The position numbers and the translations under genes are program-made. The notes under the pieces are model-generated. The model did no database searches, was not told the origin of the DNA, and saw only the letters and a program-made list of their open reading frames with translations. From a virus, in the IMG/VR virus record IMGVR_UViG_3300036715_001783, positions 16,695 through 80,694 of that record: a DNA stretch of 64,000 nucleotides, one strand, 5' to 3'. Shown one piece after another: positions 38,368 to 48,368 of the stretch; positions within the stretch are counted from its first letter, which is position 1, and the number at the start of each line of letters is the position of its first letter.

Positions 38368-39355
38368 ATTAGTCATCGTGTAGATGATTTAGAAACGCAT
38401 GAATAACGCTACGCGGCATACCGTCATATTAGTCATCGTGTAGATGATTTAGAAATGACATGACAGTTGACATGACAGGTGATGTGAATTAGTCATCGTG
38501 TAGATGATTTAGAAATGATGATGTGATGTTGTCATACAGTCGTGATAATTAGTCATCGTGTAGATGATTTAGAAACAAACAAACCATGCCTGTTTTACCC
38601 ACTACTTATTAGTCATCGTGTAGATGATTTAGAAAAATTCGGTAGTGGCTCTTCAGCACAATCAATGATTAGTCATCGTGTAGATGATTTAGAAAACCAT
38701 ATGAAGGAGTGGTAGCACCATCGGGGCATTAGTCATCGTGTAGATGATTTAGAAACACTTGGAGGATATTTCTTAGATGGACACAAAATTAGTCATCGTG
38801 TAGATGATTTAGAAATAGACCCATTGTCTGTTCCACCAGTATGGTAAATTAGTCATCGTGTAGATGATTTAGAAAATCAAATAATAAAATATTTTTGATT
38901 GATAAATATTAGTCATCGTGTAGATGATTTAGAAAAATGGAGTAATAGTGAGTTTGACAGCTGATGTATTAGTCATCGTGTAGATGATTTAGAAATCAAA
39001 GTATCGCCATATAATCAGCTCCTTCTAATTAGTCATCGTGTAGATGATTTAGAAAATTATATGCAAAAGGTAGATTTACGTTAGTTGATTAGTCATCGTG
39101 TAGATGATTTAGAAAACATAAGTACACATATGGGTATTTGGTTAATAATTAGTCATCGTGTAGATGATTTAGAAAAATCAATTTTTGATATAGATGTGTA
39201 ATTTGAAATTAGTCATCGTGTAGATGATTTAGAAAAGCATACGGGTACAAAGGAGAAGTTGGATTCAATTAGTCATCGTGTAGATGATTTAGAAAACATG
39301 AATAATATACAATCATCGTCTGCAATAATTAGTCATCGTGTAGATGATTTAGAAA
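38368..39355 (+). CRISPR. type I-F CRISPR array, 17 repeats / 16 spacers
   Basis: 28-bp identical repeats (TCATC-GTGTA-GATGA hairpin, TTAGAAA end), 32-bp spacers, exact 60-bp period. Confidence 0.99.
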
Positions 39356-39379
39356 TGTTATAACAATCGGAGGGTAATA

Positions 39380-42358
39380 ATGTTTATAGTAATTGTATCA
39401 TCATGTATTAAGAAAGCAAAAGGTAGAACAAGAAGAGTATTAGATCAATATGCTACCCGGATAGAGTCGAATGCTTGGCAAACACCAATAACCAATATTG
39501 GATTACAACAACTGCACAAGGACCTAAAAAAGGTAGCAACTAGACACACATCAGTAACTTGTTTTGTTAATAGTGGGTACAAACAACTTCAAAAATTATG
39601 GACTGTTGGATCTGAAGCTAGCAAATACAACTTCCAACAAAGTGTGTTCAAGACTAAAGATGGTAGCTCATACCGGTCAACTGTCCCACCACACATCCGC
39701 AAAATTTCATTATTATCCAAAACCGCTGGATATGCTCATGATTTGGGCAAAGCCTCTGTTAAATTTCAAAATAAATTAATAGGGAAGGGTTCCATTGGAG
39801 ATGATATCCGACATGAGTGGATATCAATGAGAGTTCTCCAACAACTTAGAAAAGGAAAATCTTGGCAACAGGCATGGGACTCCCCTATAAACATTGAGTT
39901 TGATGGGTTTATGAAAAATGGGATGACTCAGATCAACGATGTGTTGGATTTTTGTGTGGCTACTCATCATGGACTATTCTGCAAGTATGACACAGAGACT
40001 CGGGAAATAAACAACGATGTAAATAATTTTCACGTAAGAAATGTAAATTTTAAATCATCAGATTTTCAAGTAGCTGGTAACATTGACCCTGATTTATTAT
40101 CTAAAATATCATCAGGTGAAAAAAGATTAAACAAAATGATTTCGGGGGCAACTCCTCTTGAATTGGAATACCTAGCTTGGATTTCCAGAGCTATGTTAAT
40201 TATGGCAGACCAAGTTGTTTCTGCAACACACAAAAACAAATACAAAAAAAGTGAGTTATACGCTAATACCGATAGAATACTAGGTCAAAAAAATGGTCCA
40301 CTTAATCAACCATTAGATTATCATTTAACTAATGTTGGTGAGTATGCATCTAATTATGCATACAAGTTTCTAACAGAAGTTGACTATCCAGCTTTATCCT
40401 CACAAACTATCAGCAATATTTTAACAAAATCAACAGATACCAGATTTGTTTGGCAGGATATTGCTTGTGAACATTTTATAGCTCAACCTGAATCAAATTT
40501 TTTAATTTTCAATATTGCAAATACAGGATGTGGGAAAACTCTAGCAAACCTAAAACTTGCAACAACTATTTCAAAAAATGAAGAACAAACAAGAATATCT
40601 ATCTGCCTCAATTTACGCTCTCTAACTCTACAAACTGGTAGAGAATATAACCGTATATTGAACCCACATGAAATAGACGCATTTGCTGTCCTTATAGGGG
40701 ACAAAACTACCCAACAACTATTTGATAATGACTGCGACGAAAATATTACCGAACCTAATATTGACATCGACGAAAACTTCCATATAAACAAGGAGTTACC
40801 TGAATGGTTGGAATTATTTTGTGATCTGTCATCAAATAGGAACACTATATTAGCGGCACCATTATTAGTGTCCACTGTAGATTATTTAATAAAAGCAGCT
40901 ACCCCAAGTGCACAAGGCCACCATGTTGCAAGTTTAATTAGAGCAGCCTCATCTGATTTAATATTAGATGAAGTTGACGGATATGAACCTAATCAATTGG
41001 TAATTATATGTAAATTGATTGAATTAGTTTCTTTTTTCGGTAGAAACGTAATATGCTCGACCGCTACTTTATCCACACCTGTTGCTGATTTAATATTGAT
41101 AGCGTTTAATAGAGGTAGAGAAGCTCGACAATTGTTGATTGATAGTAATCACACATCCCAATTTGGAATTGTGGATAATATAATTAAACCATCATCAATA
41201 TCATTTGGGGAAGATGTAAAAACTCATTACATGAACACAATAACAACCAAAAATAATTTAAACAATCAAGTAATAACAAAACTTGCAAAATTAACTCGTG
41301 TTCCAGAGGTAACAGAAGAATGTTGGTTTAATTCAATAGCAGAGGATTGTGTTGAACACCATAACAACCACCAGTGGATATACAAAGAAGCAACAGTTTC
41401 AATTGGATTGATACGAGTTGCTAATATTAAACATGGAATTGCCTTATCCAAATTCTTGACACAAACCCTATCAAACGTAAAGGTATGTTTTTATCACGCA
41501 AATGATTTCAAAATCGCTAGGTTTCACAAAGAACAAATATTAGATAGATTATTAACTAGAAAAAATCCCAACAAGGTGTATTCGGATTTGGATAGTGAAT
41601 TGGAGCCTGGAAAAGATATAATGTTTATAGTTGTAGCAACTCCTGTTGAAGAAATAGGAAGAGACCATGATTTTGATTGGGCTATTATTGAGCCATCAAG
41701 TTGCTCATCTATTATACAAACAGCTGGTCGAGTCAATCGACACCGTCTAATTAAGCAAACAGTTCCTAATATTAGTATATTGCAATACAATCATCGAAAT
41801 ATTAACAACCACAACAAATCAACAAAGATATCATTTGTGAGACCTGGATTGGAATGTCAATTAATTGGAGGAACATCTCACCCATCCAAAGATATAGAAC
41901 AATTATTGCCATGGGATAATGATGTATTGCAAATATCGTCAACGTTAAGATTTAATAGTGTGTTTGCAAGTTGTGATGATACAGCAATATCAAATACCAC
42001 TACTCACGCTATTAAAAGGTTTTTTTCTACTAAGCACACCCTATTATTAAAAAATAAATTTTATAATGACTATAGGTTGCGTGATAATGAACAACAAACT
42101 GAAATTATATTAGGCTGGGAAAATGGTGACACTTATAAATTTTGTGAGTATAAACAACTACCCGTTATAAGGACCAATAAAGTATTAGTTGATCCACCAT
42201 ATGGAAATACTTGGCTATCATTATCACACCTCGAGTTGAATAAAAAATGTAAGGCTAATGATGTTCCATACTATATTGGTAAATCATTATCCGTAAGAAA
42301 AGTTAAAGACGAAACAAGCCTTCACCACGATTGGTCATTTGGTTGGTGGATGGAATAA
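39380..42358 (+). CDS. cas3: type I-F Cas2-Cas3 fusion
   Basis: Cas2 N-terminus (KKA...TRRVLDQ.A.R....WQTPIT), HDLGK, RHE, THH, AD..VS, TGCGKT, DEVD, Q.AGRV.RH. Confidence 0.95.
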   Translation: MFIVIVSSCIKKAKGRTRRVLDQYATRIESNAWQTPITNIGLQQLHKDLKKVATRHTSVTCFVNSGYKQLQKLWTVGSEASKYNFQQSVFKTKDGSSYRSTVPPHIRKISLLSKTAGYAHDLGKASVKFQNKLIGKGSIGDDIRHEWISMRVLQQLRKGKSWQQAWDSPINIEFDGFMKNGMTQINDVLDFCVATHHGLFCKYDTETREINNDVNNFHVRNVNFKSSDFQVAGNIDPDLLSKISSGEKRLNKMISGATPLELEYLAWISRAMLIMADQVVSATHKNKYKKSELYANTDRILGQKNGPLNQPLDYHLTNVGEYASNYAYKFLTEVDYPALSSQTISNILTKSTDTRFVWQDIACEHFIAQPESNFLIFNIANTGCGKTLANLKLATTISKNEEQTRISICLNLRSLTLQTGREYNRILNPHEIDAFAVLIGDKTTQQLFDNDCDENITEPNIDIDENFHINKELPEWLELFCDLSSNRNTILAAPLLVSTVDYLIKAATPSAQGHHVASLIRAASSDLILDEVDGYEPNQLVIICKLIELVSFFGRNVICSTATLSTPVADLILIAFNRGREARQLLIDSNHTSQFGIVDNIIKPSSISFGEDVKTHYMNTITTKNNLNNQVITKLAKLTRVPEVTEECWFNSIAEDCVEHHNNHQWIYKEATVSIGLIRVANIKHGIALSKFLTQTLSNVKVCFYHANDFKIARFHKEQILDRLLTRKNPNKVYSDLDSELEPGKDIMFIVVATPVEEIGRDHDFDWAIIEPSSCSSIIQTAGRVNRHRLIKQTVPNISILQYNHRNINNHNKSTKISFVRPGLECQLIGGTSHPSKDIEQLLPWDNDVLQISSTLRFNSVFASCDDTAISNTTTHAIKRFFSTKHTLLLKNKFYNDYRLRDNEQQTEIILGWENGDTYKFCEYKQLPVIRTNKVLVDPPYGNTWLSLSHLELNKKCKANDVPYYIGKSLSVRKVKDETSLHHDWSFGWWME

Positions 42359-42362
42359 TATA

Positions 42363-42428
42363 CCCCCTATTGACATTTAATTTATTTCGTGTATAATAGG
42401 GTTTTTAAATTAATCAAAAGGAGATAAT
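42363..42428 (+). repeat. 66-bp direct repeat, copy 2
   Basis: One mismatch versus 34199-34264. Confidence 0.92.
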
Positions 42429-42431
42429 ATC

Positions 42432-42635
42432 ATGTGGAACAGAGTTTTAAGATTAGCAGCCTTTCTTGCACTATTGTGGTTAATCATCACAGTATTTTTA
42501 TGTGTTGGAATGTGGAATAATGGTTTTGCTCCTCATGATTATCTCGAAAATGAGCATGTCGATCGTTCATCTTTCATCAAACAAAAGAAAGCAGAACAAG
42601 ACCAACGATTCAGAGACAGAGGATGGATTAAATAA
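42432..42635 (+). CDS. small membrane protein
   Basis: Follows repeat promoter/RBS; one TM helix. Confidence 0.65.
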   Translation: MWNRVLRLAAFLALLWLIITVFLCVGMWNNGFAPHDYLENEHVDRSSFIKQKKAEQDQRFRDRGWIK

Positions 42636-42790
42636 TGAATTGAAATATTTTGTGGGCAATTGCTATAGTTGGGTGGTTAGCCATCACCTGTGATTTAATA
42701 TGGGAAGATGTGTTTCATTCATCCAACACCACTATCCAACTGCAGCAGAGAGCAATAAACTATGAGCCAAGATATATTTGGTCTAGTTGA
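42635..42790 (+). pseudogene. small membrane gene with in-frame TGA at codon 3
   Basis: TAATG coupling; MN*NILWAIAIVGWL. Confidence 0.4.
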
Positions 42791-43156
42791 AGATATTAAT
42801 AACCAACTAGGAACGAAATTAGATTCAGTTGGAAGTTATTATTTGACTTCGTATGCTCACAATGGATTACAATGTTATGCACTGAGAACTATTGTGTTTA
42901 ATGAACCGCAATAACGTTGACATTAATGCAAAATTAGATGATGGGGACTATACAGTTCCTGATGGAATGTTGTTAGTTGTTTGCATCCAGAGTTAATTGG
43001 TTTTGTAATTGGTAACACACCTGATTGGTGTGCTGATCACTTAGATCAAATTTGTGCTTTGATGCACAAACATAAAGTGATAAATAAGGTGTGTGATGTA
43101 TATAACATTACATATTGTAAGTATGATGTGTGGGCTCGATTAAGAGTGTATAGTTA

Positions 43157-43433
43157 GCAATACCCTGACTGTTGTCTACTAATGGAAATTAGTAGATAAT
43201 AACTAAAATTATAAGAATGATTGTGATGACTCAATCGGCAACAGGTGATACCCTTCTCCCTGTCAAGTAGGAACAGAAGTGCAAGGATGCACTTAACGTA
43301 GCCTTTAGGATGATGCCTATAAAGTTGACCTACTTGGGAGCTATGTCAACTATAGTTAAATATAATAAACATGTGATATTCATGTCGCCAGGTACTTCCA
43401 ATCAACTGCGTTAATGTGGGGGCAGGGATATGT
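43157..43433 (+). ncRNA. candidate structured RNA, family unknown
   Basis: Closing helix plus several internal hairpins including a GGAA tetraloop; no long ORF. Confidence 0.4.
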
Positions 43434-43467
43434 TTTAAGAGCAGATATTATTAGTTAATTAGTAAAC

Positions 43468-43518
43468 AAGATAACCAATTAACTTTCGCATCAAATGCGA
43501 AAGTTAATTGGTTATCTT
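43468..43518. repeat. 24-bp perfect inverted repeat
   Basis: AAGATAACCAATTAACTTTCGCAT-caa-ATGCGAAAGTTAATTGGTTATCTT. Confidence 0.9.
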
Positions 43519-43838
43519 ACGCAGTCAGATGTATTGATTGTGTCTAAATCAAAACCATTACTCATAAGGAATCATTATGGTTGAAACACCAACACCAATA
43601 CCAATTACGGAAATATTATCTTGGTTGATACATGAACCAGTAGCTTATTATCCACATGTGGATTTTTTATTCCATTCCACCATATTTGATTTGGTCATTA
43701 GATAATAAACTCATTACCCATATATATGTGGAAGATGTTGAGGGTATTGAAGTCGTTATAATGGAGGTCCATCTGATTTTCGATGTGATGTAGCAGGTGT
43801 AATCACATCGGTTAAAAATTTACACAGAACAAAAATCA

Positions 43839-44114
43839 TTGTTCAGTCATATTTTAACTGGTTGTAAAGCACAACAAAAACCACGAACTGGTTTTAATAT
43901 TTTTGCTTACTTGACAGAAGAATTTGGTGAGGTAGCCACAGAAATTAATATTGAGCAAGGATATTCAACAAAACCACCTGGTAAAGATGGTATTATTGGT
44001 GAATGTGTTGATGTTATGGTATGTGTTATTGATTTGATTCGCCATTATTACCCAGACGTAACTGAACAAGAACTAGTTGATATAGCAACCAACAAATTAG
44101 CCAAGTGGAAATAA
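43839..44114 (+). CDS. MazG-like NTP pyrophosphohydrolase
   Basis: EE.GEVA, E.VD, KLAKW; start uncertain. Confidence 0.7.
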   Translation: MFSHILTGCKAQQKPRTGFNIFAYLTEEFGEVATEINIEQGYSTKPPGKDGIIGECVDVMVCVIDLIRHYYPDVTEQELVDIATNKLAKWK

Positions 44115-44115
44115 T

Positions 44116-44340
44116 ATGACAGGACAATATAGAAATTTGCGAGATTTACTAGGAAACTCTCCAAGTGTAGTTATCACTAATCCTAAGAACACACTGTTTG
44201 ATATCGGTGCTATTGGTGAATTAACACATATTACAAGAGGTGAATTTCCAATCCAGGTATGGGCAGTAACAAAAACAAATCGTGGCTGGATTAATATTGA
44301 AAATGTGGAGGTGATTAATGACTCCAAATCAATTAATTGA
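44116..44340 (+). CDS. hypothetical protein
   Basis: Coupled ORF. Confidence 0.55.
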   Translation: MTGQYRNLRDLLGNSPSVVITNPKNTLFDIGAIGELTHITRGEFPIQVWAVTKTNRGWINIENVEVINDSKSIN

Positions 44341-44836
44341 TTTACTGAGACAAGATTTGTGCCCAGGAGAACCAACTAATACCTATCTTGCCTCTTGTTG
44401 GAAAGCAGGGGCAAGATTTTACAATTATCCAATAACACAAATCTGGACATTGGATGATGAAGTAATAACACATATTTGTGTGGTTCGAGATGCACGTAGC
44501 AATCCAATATTATTAGTTGTTGGATATGATGACACGAATAGCGTGTTTTTGTTTACTGAAAATATTGATGAAAATCGTATTAGAATTTACACAGACAACC
44601 TGGCCGAAAAACAGCTCAGCACAAACCAAATAAGTGCACCTGATTGGTCTGATGCTCCTGAATGGGCCACATTTCTTGCCCAAGACCAGAGTGGTGATTG
44701 GTATTGGTTTTGGAAAGAACCTACCATATCAGATACAGGTATGTGGGAATCGGACACAATTTATTGTAAAGCGTATAGGGTCTCTAATTGGGAGGACACC
44801 TTACAACCTAAACCTATCGAAGAGGGCAAAAAATGA
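44318..44836 (+). CDS. hypothetical protein with DW..APEWA...AQD..G.W domain
   Basis: Same domain partly repeated in the next, frameshifted ORF (to 45047). Confidence 0.6.
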   Translation: MTPNQLIDLLRQDLCPGEPTNTYLASCWKAGARFYNYPITQIWTLDDEVITHICVVRDARSNPILLVVGYDDTNSVFLFTENIDENRIRIYTDNLAEKQLSTNQISAPDWSDAPEWATFLAQDQSGDWYWFWKEPTISDTGMWESDTIYCKAYRVSNWEDTLQPKPIEEGKK

Positions 44837-45237
44837 CCGAATTAGAAAATTCAATAATTGGTGGGAAAAATACTATGACAAATATGATTTTCATGGACCC
44901 GAATGGTCCATAGCACACAGTGTGTGGATGGCAAGAGCCACACTTATTACTCCATTTCCTGATTGGACTGGTGCACCTGATTGGGCTAATCATGTTGCCC
45001 AAGACGGAAATGGAAAGTGGTCTCAAGGTTTGTACTCGTGTAGATGAGGCCTGGCAGGTTGGAACCATGACAGAAGCTGATTTCTTGAATGCAGATGACG
45101 ATATGGATACCATTCATAATGTTGAGGCATTAATAAGAGAGTTAATCGAAATTTTGTAACCCGTTGAAGTAATTTAATTTTACTGTATAATACTCTTCAT
45201 CAGTTAAGTAATTCAATTCACACAAAAGGCATTCATT

Positions 45238-46386
45238 ATGAGTAATAAAACATCTAAATCGGCTCCAGTTGTAATTGATGAAGTAGAGCTCTTTGGGGAA
45301 CGTGCGGTACGGTGGTATCAGATAGCAGCCAGAAATGAGGTGGCTGAAGCATTGGAAGAAAATCCAGTTGCTCGTATTTTAGTTGTGATGCCAACAGGTA
45401 CTGGTAAAACAGTAACATCTGGTTTAATCTTCTCTTCTGAACGTGTTCGTGCTGCAATTGGTGTTAAGCCTGGTGCTCCACTCAGATTGTTGTTCATTGC
45501 ACATAAACACAGATTATTGACTCAAGCAGAACAAGCATATGCTGATGCTGAGAATGTTACATTCATTCAACAAAGTGCCTTTTCTGATATTCCACAATCT
45601 GTATTGGATGCAGATTGGGATATTACTTGTATTGATGAGGCACATCATGAAGCTATGTCATCTATCCAATACCACTTGGAACTATTAGGTGAAAAACCAT
45701 TAATTGGTTTAACAGCAACACCTGACAGAGCTGATGGATGTTTAATCAAATTTGACATTGTTGTTAATCCAATTTCAAGAGAACAAGCAGTGGCAGAAGG
45801 TCATTTGGCTGAAACAAGAATTCATACATTTGTTGATGTACCATCTAAATCAAAAACAGTTGTATTGACTGACTTGTTGGAGAATTACATTCACCAAATG
45901 GGTCAAACAATGATTTTTGTTAAGACCAAACAAGAAGTTCGTGAAATAACAGCTGTTATCAATGAACTTGGTTACATTGCGGTTGGTATTTTAGACCAAT
46001 CAAACAAAGAATTGGATGTTATTCTGAATTTGTTCTCAGAAGGAAAAATAGAGTTCTTAGTTAATTGTGCCAAAATATCTGAAGGAGTGGATGTTAAGGG
46101 GTGTACTGATGTTATCCTTGGTAGACAAATTGGTTCATACTCACAACTGAACCAAATTATTGGTCGTGCAGCACGACCAGATTCAACCTGTAATGTTTGG
46201 GAACTTATCAATCCATTATCTGGTACAAATCTTGATTCAACTGTTGTGGTTGGGACTCCAGCCTTTCACAGATTGGTATCAAAACGCAAAGACAATTGGG
46301 TCGAAAATGTATTCGACTATGTTACACACAAAACCAGTAAACAACTTGGTATTGCATCTGGTATCAGAATTGGTGCAGGTCGGTAG
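45238..46386 (+). CDS. SF2 DNA helicase (DEAH)
   Basis: PTGTGKT, DEAHH, GLTATP.R, EGVD, Q..GRA.R. Confidence 0.9.
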   Translation: MSNKTSKSAPVVIDEVELFGERAVRWYQIAARNEVAEALEENPVARILVVMPTGTGKTVTSGLIFSSERVRAAIGVKPGAPLRLLFIAHKHRLLTQAEQAYADAENVTFIQQSAFSDIPQSVLDADWDITCIDEAHHEAMSSIQYHLELLGEKPLIGLTATPDRADGCLIKFDIVVNPISREQAVAEGHLAETRIHTFVDVPSKSKTVVLTDLLENYIHQMGQTMIFVKTKQEVREITAVINELGYIAVGILDQSNKELDVILNLFSEGKIEFLVNCAKISEGVDVKGCTDVILGRQIGSYSQLNQIIGRAARPDSTCNVWELINPLSGTNLDSTVVVGTPAFHRLVSKRKDNWVENVFDYVTHKTSKQLGIASGIRIGAGR

Positions 46387-46480
46387 TCACACCAACCGGG
46401 GGGATTAATTATCCCCCTTTTCTTTTGTGTAAAATGTAGTATAATAGTATTTTATTCATCATTAATAGGAAGTACATCAA

Positions 46481-47392
46481 ATGTTATTATCTAAACAATT
46501 ATTAAAAAATCTGCAAGCCTGTGATACTGGCATTGCTTTTTGTGAACGAAACCAGTTGTTCGGATTTGATTTAGATCTGTTGCACACTGTTACTGGTGAC
46601 TATCACTTTTTTGTATCTTGGCTAAGAGACAATTTGGGAGAGAATGAGTTTGATAATAATGAGAATCGTATCAAACGAGTTAATGGATCTGACCAACCAA
46701 CATTGTGGGTGTATGATGATAACCGTAACTTGTTATCGTACACCAATGGTAGTATACATGAATTATACACTTACAATGAGTTTGGTAAACTATCAACTTT
46801 TGTTGATAGAACAAAATCAAAAACCTTCAAATATGATGATGACCAAAATATGGTTCGATTTGATTCCTATATGGGCCAACATCACTATTGGGAAGAATGG
46901 ACATATAGTAAGACTGGTAAAGAATTAACATACCTGGATTCATACAAAAATCAACATGTGTGGACGTATGATGAACATGACAATCAGGTGTCTCAGAGTA
47001 CCACCCGTGGTGTTAATGGAAGTATTGAATTAATTGAGGCAACTTATGATGATAAAGGTAGAGTAGCCTCAAAAACTCATAACTCTGGTAAAGAAGAATA
47101 TTGGGAGTATGATGACATGGACAATGTCTTATCATACAAAGAAGTGTATCCTGATCCTAATGGTGAAGTGTATCATCTAACACAAACATTTGATTCCAAA
47201 GGAAACAGATTAACTGCATGTTGGAATGGTGACGGTATTGAGCGGTGGGTATATGACGACCACAACAACATAGTTTCATACTTCACCAATGATGATCCAG
47301 TTGATCGTTTCAAAAATGAATACGAATACTATCCAAATGGACAATTAAAACGAGCTAATGGCTTACATATCCCATTGATTGATAAGGAATAA
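46481..47392 (+). CDS. YD/RHS-like repeat protein A
   Basis: YD..GN-type repeats; N- and C-termini shared with next gene. Confidence 0.7.
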   Translation: MLLSKQLLKNLQACDTGIAFCERNQLFGFDLDLLHTVTGDYHFFVSWLRDNLGENEFDNNENRIKRVNGSDQPTLWVYDDNRNLLSYTNGSIHELYTYNEFGKLSTFVDRTKSKTFKYDDDQNMVRFDSYMGQHHYWEEWTYSKTGKELTYLDSYKNQHVWTYDEHDNQVSQSTTRGVNGSIELIEATYDDKGRVASKTHNSGKEEYWEYDDMDNVLSYKEVYPDPNGEVYHLTQTFDSKGNRLTACWNGDGIERWVYDDHNNIVSYFTNDDPVDRFKNEYEYYPNGQLKRANGLHIPLIDKE

Positions 47393-47396
47393 TAAC

Positions 47397-48368
47397 ATGA
47401 TTTTAACAAAAGAAATGTTGCAACAATTGGGTGCTTGTGCTGATGGTATTGAATGGTGTGAGCGAAACAAATTGTTTGGTTTAGATTTATCGTTATTACC
47501 AAAACAACCCACAAAAGATCCACTTGGTTACATTCAGTGGTTAACCAGCAAAACAGTTGGTTATGTGTTCAATGATAAATTTCAGCCACTATCATTCACC
47601 AATGAACGTGGCAAAACCATGTTTTGGAAATATGATAACAGAGGCAACAAAATTGAGTTCATAAGTTCAACTGGGAGTACGCAGCGTTGGACTTATGATG
47701 ATAATAATAACATACTCACTTATGATGACGATTTAGGTTTTAAAAATGTGTATGCTTATGATGAACATAGTAATCGAGTGTCAAAAGGGGTTTGTTCCCC
47801 CAACCACCCAGATTGGACTCTGTTTGCATTTGAATATAACGACAACCATCAATTAATTCGTACAACAGGTGAGATGTATGTTATATCATGTGAATATGAT
47901 GTGAATGGTAACCTGGTATACCGAGCTTATTTTGATGCGACAGGTACACATCTTACGACCTGGGAACGTTGGGAGTATAACAAAGATGGGAATCTCACAA
48001 AACATTGGCTCTCCAGCGGAGAATGGCAATATCGAAAATATGATGAAGAAGGAAGGATTGTGGAAATCAAAGATAGTAGTGGGCAGGACTGTGTCACCAC
48101 ATATCAAACCAGTTTCGAGCCCATTCCACCTCCACAAATAGAAGGATCTATCCGACAATTTTTGGTTGGACCATCTGGGCAATTATTACCACTTCGACAA
48201 TTTGAAGATGGTGAAGTGGTGGATCGTTATGTATATGATGACCACTTTAATTGTATTGAACATGAATCGTGGGGGGATAGTTCGTATTCACTATGTGAAT
48301 ATTGGCCTAATGGCCAATTAAAACAATGGGTGGGTATTGATATTCCCCTTATCGATAATTCTCTGTAA
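47397..48368 (+). CDS. YD/RHS-like repeat protein B
   Basis: Paralog of previous gene; AAGGA RBS. Confidence 0.7.
   Translation: MILTKEMLQQLGACADGIEWCERNKLFGLDLSLLPKQPTKDPLGYIQWLTSKTVGYVFNDKFQPLSFTNERGKTMFWKYDNRGNKIEFISSTGSTQRWTYDDNNNILTYDDDLGFKNVYAYDEHSNRVSKGVCSPNHPDWTLFAFEYNDNHQLIRTTGEMYVISCEYDVNGNLVYRAYFDATGTHLTTWERWEYNKDGNLTKHWLSSGEWQYRKYDEEGRIVEIKDSSGQDCVTTYQTSFEPIPPPQIEGSIRQFLVGPSGQLLPLRQFEDGEVVDRYVYDDHFNCIEHESWGDSSYSLCEYWPNGQLKQWVGIDIPLIDNSL

Noticed and set aside
38576-39327. Spacers appear antisense to coding sequence (strand bias)
   Set aside because: Open 10-codon frames occur by chance and plausible frames exist on both strands; needs protospacer hits
38396-39327. Self-targeting spacers within the window
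   Set aside because: None noticed by eye; an exhaustive alignment was not possible
34266-42358. Tn7-associated (I-F3) CAST
   Set aside because: No tniQ/tnsABC, Cas8 and Cas5 are unfused, and Cas2/3 is present
46481-48368. Rhs toxin-immunity or diversity-generating retroelement target
   Set aside because: No DPxG cleavage motif, no toxin tip, no reverse transcriptase or template/variable repeat pair seen
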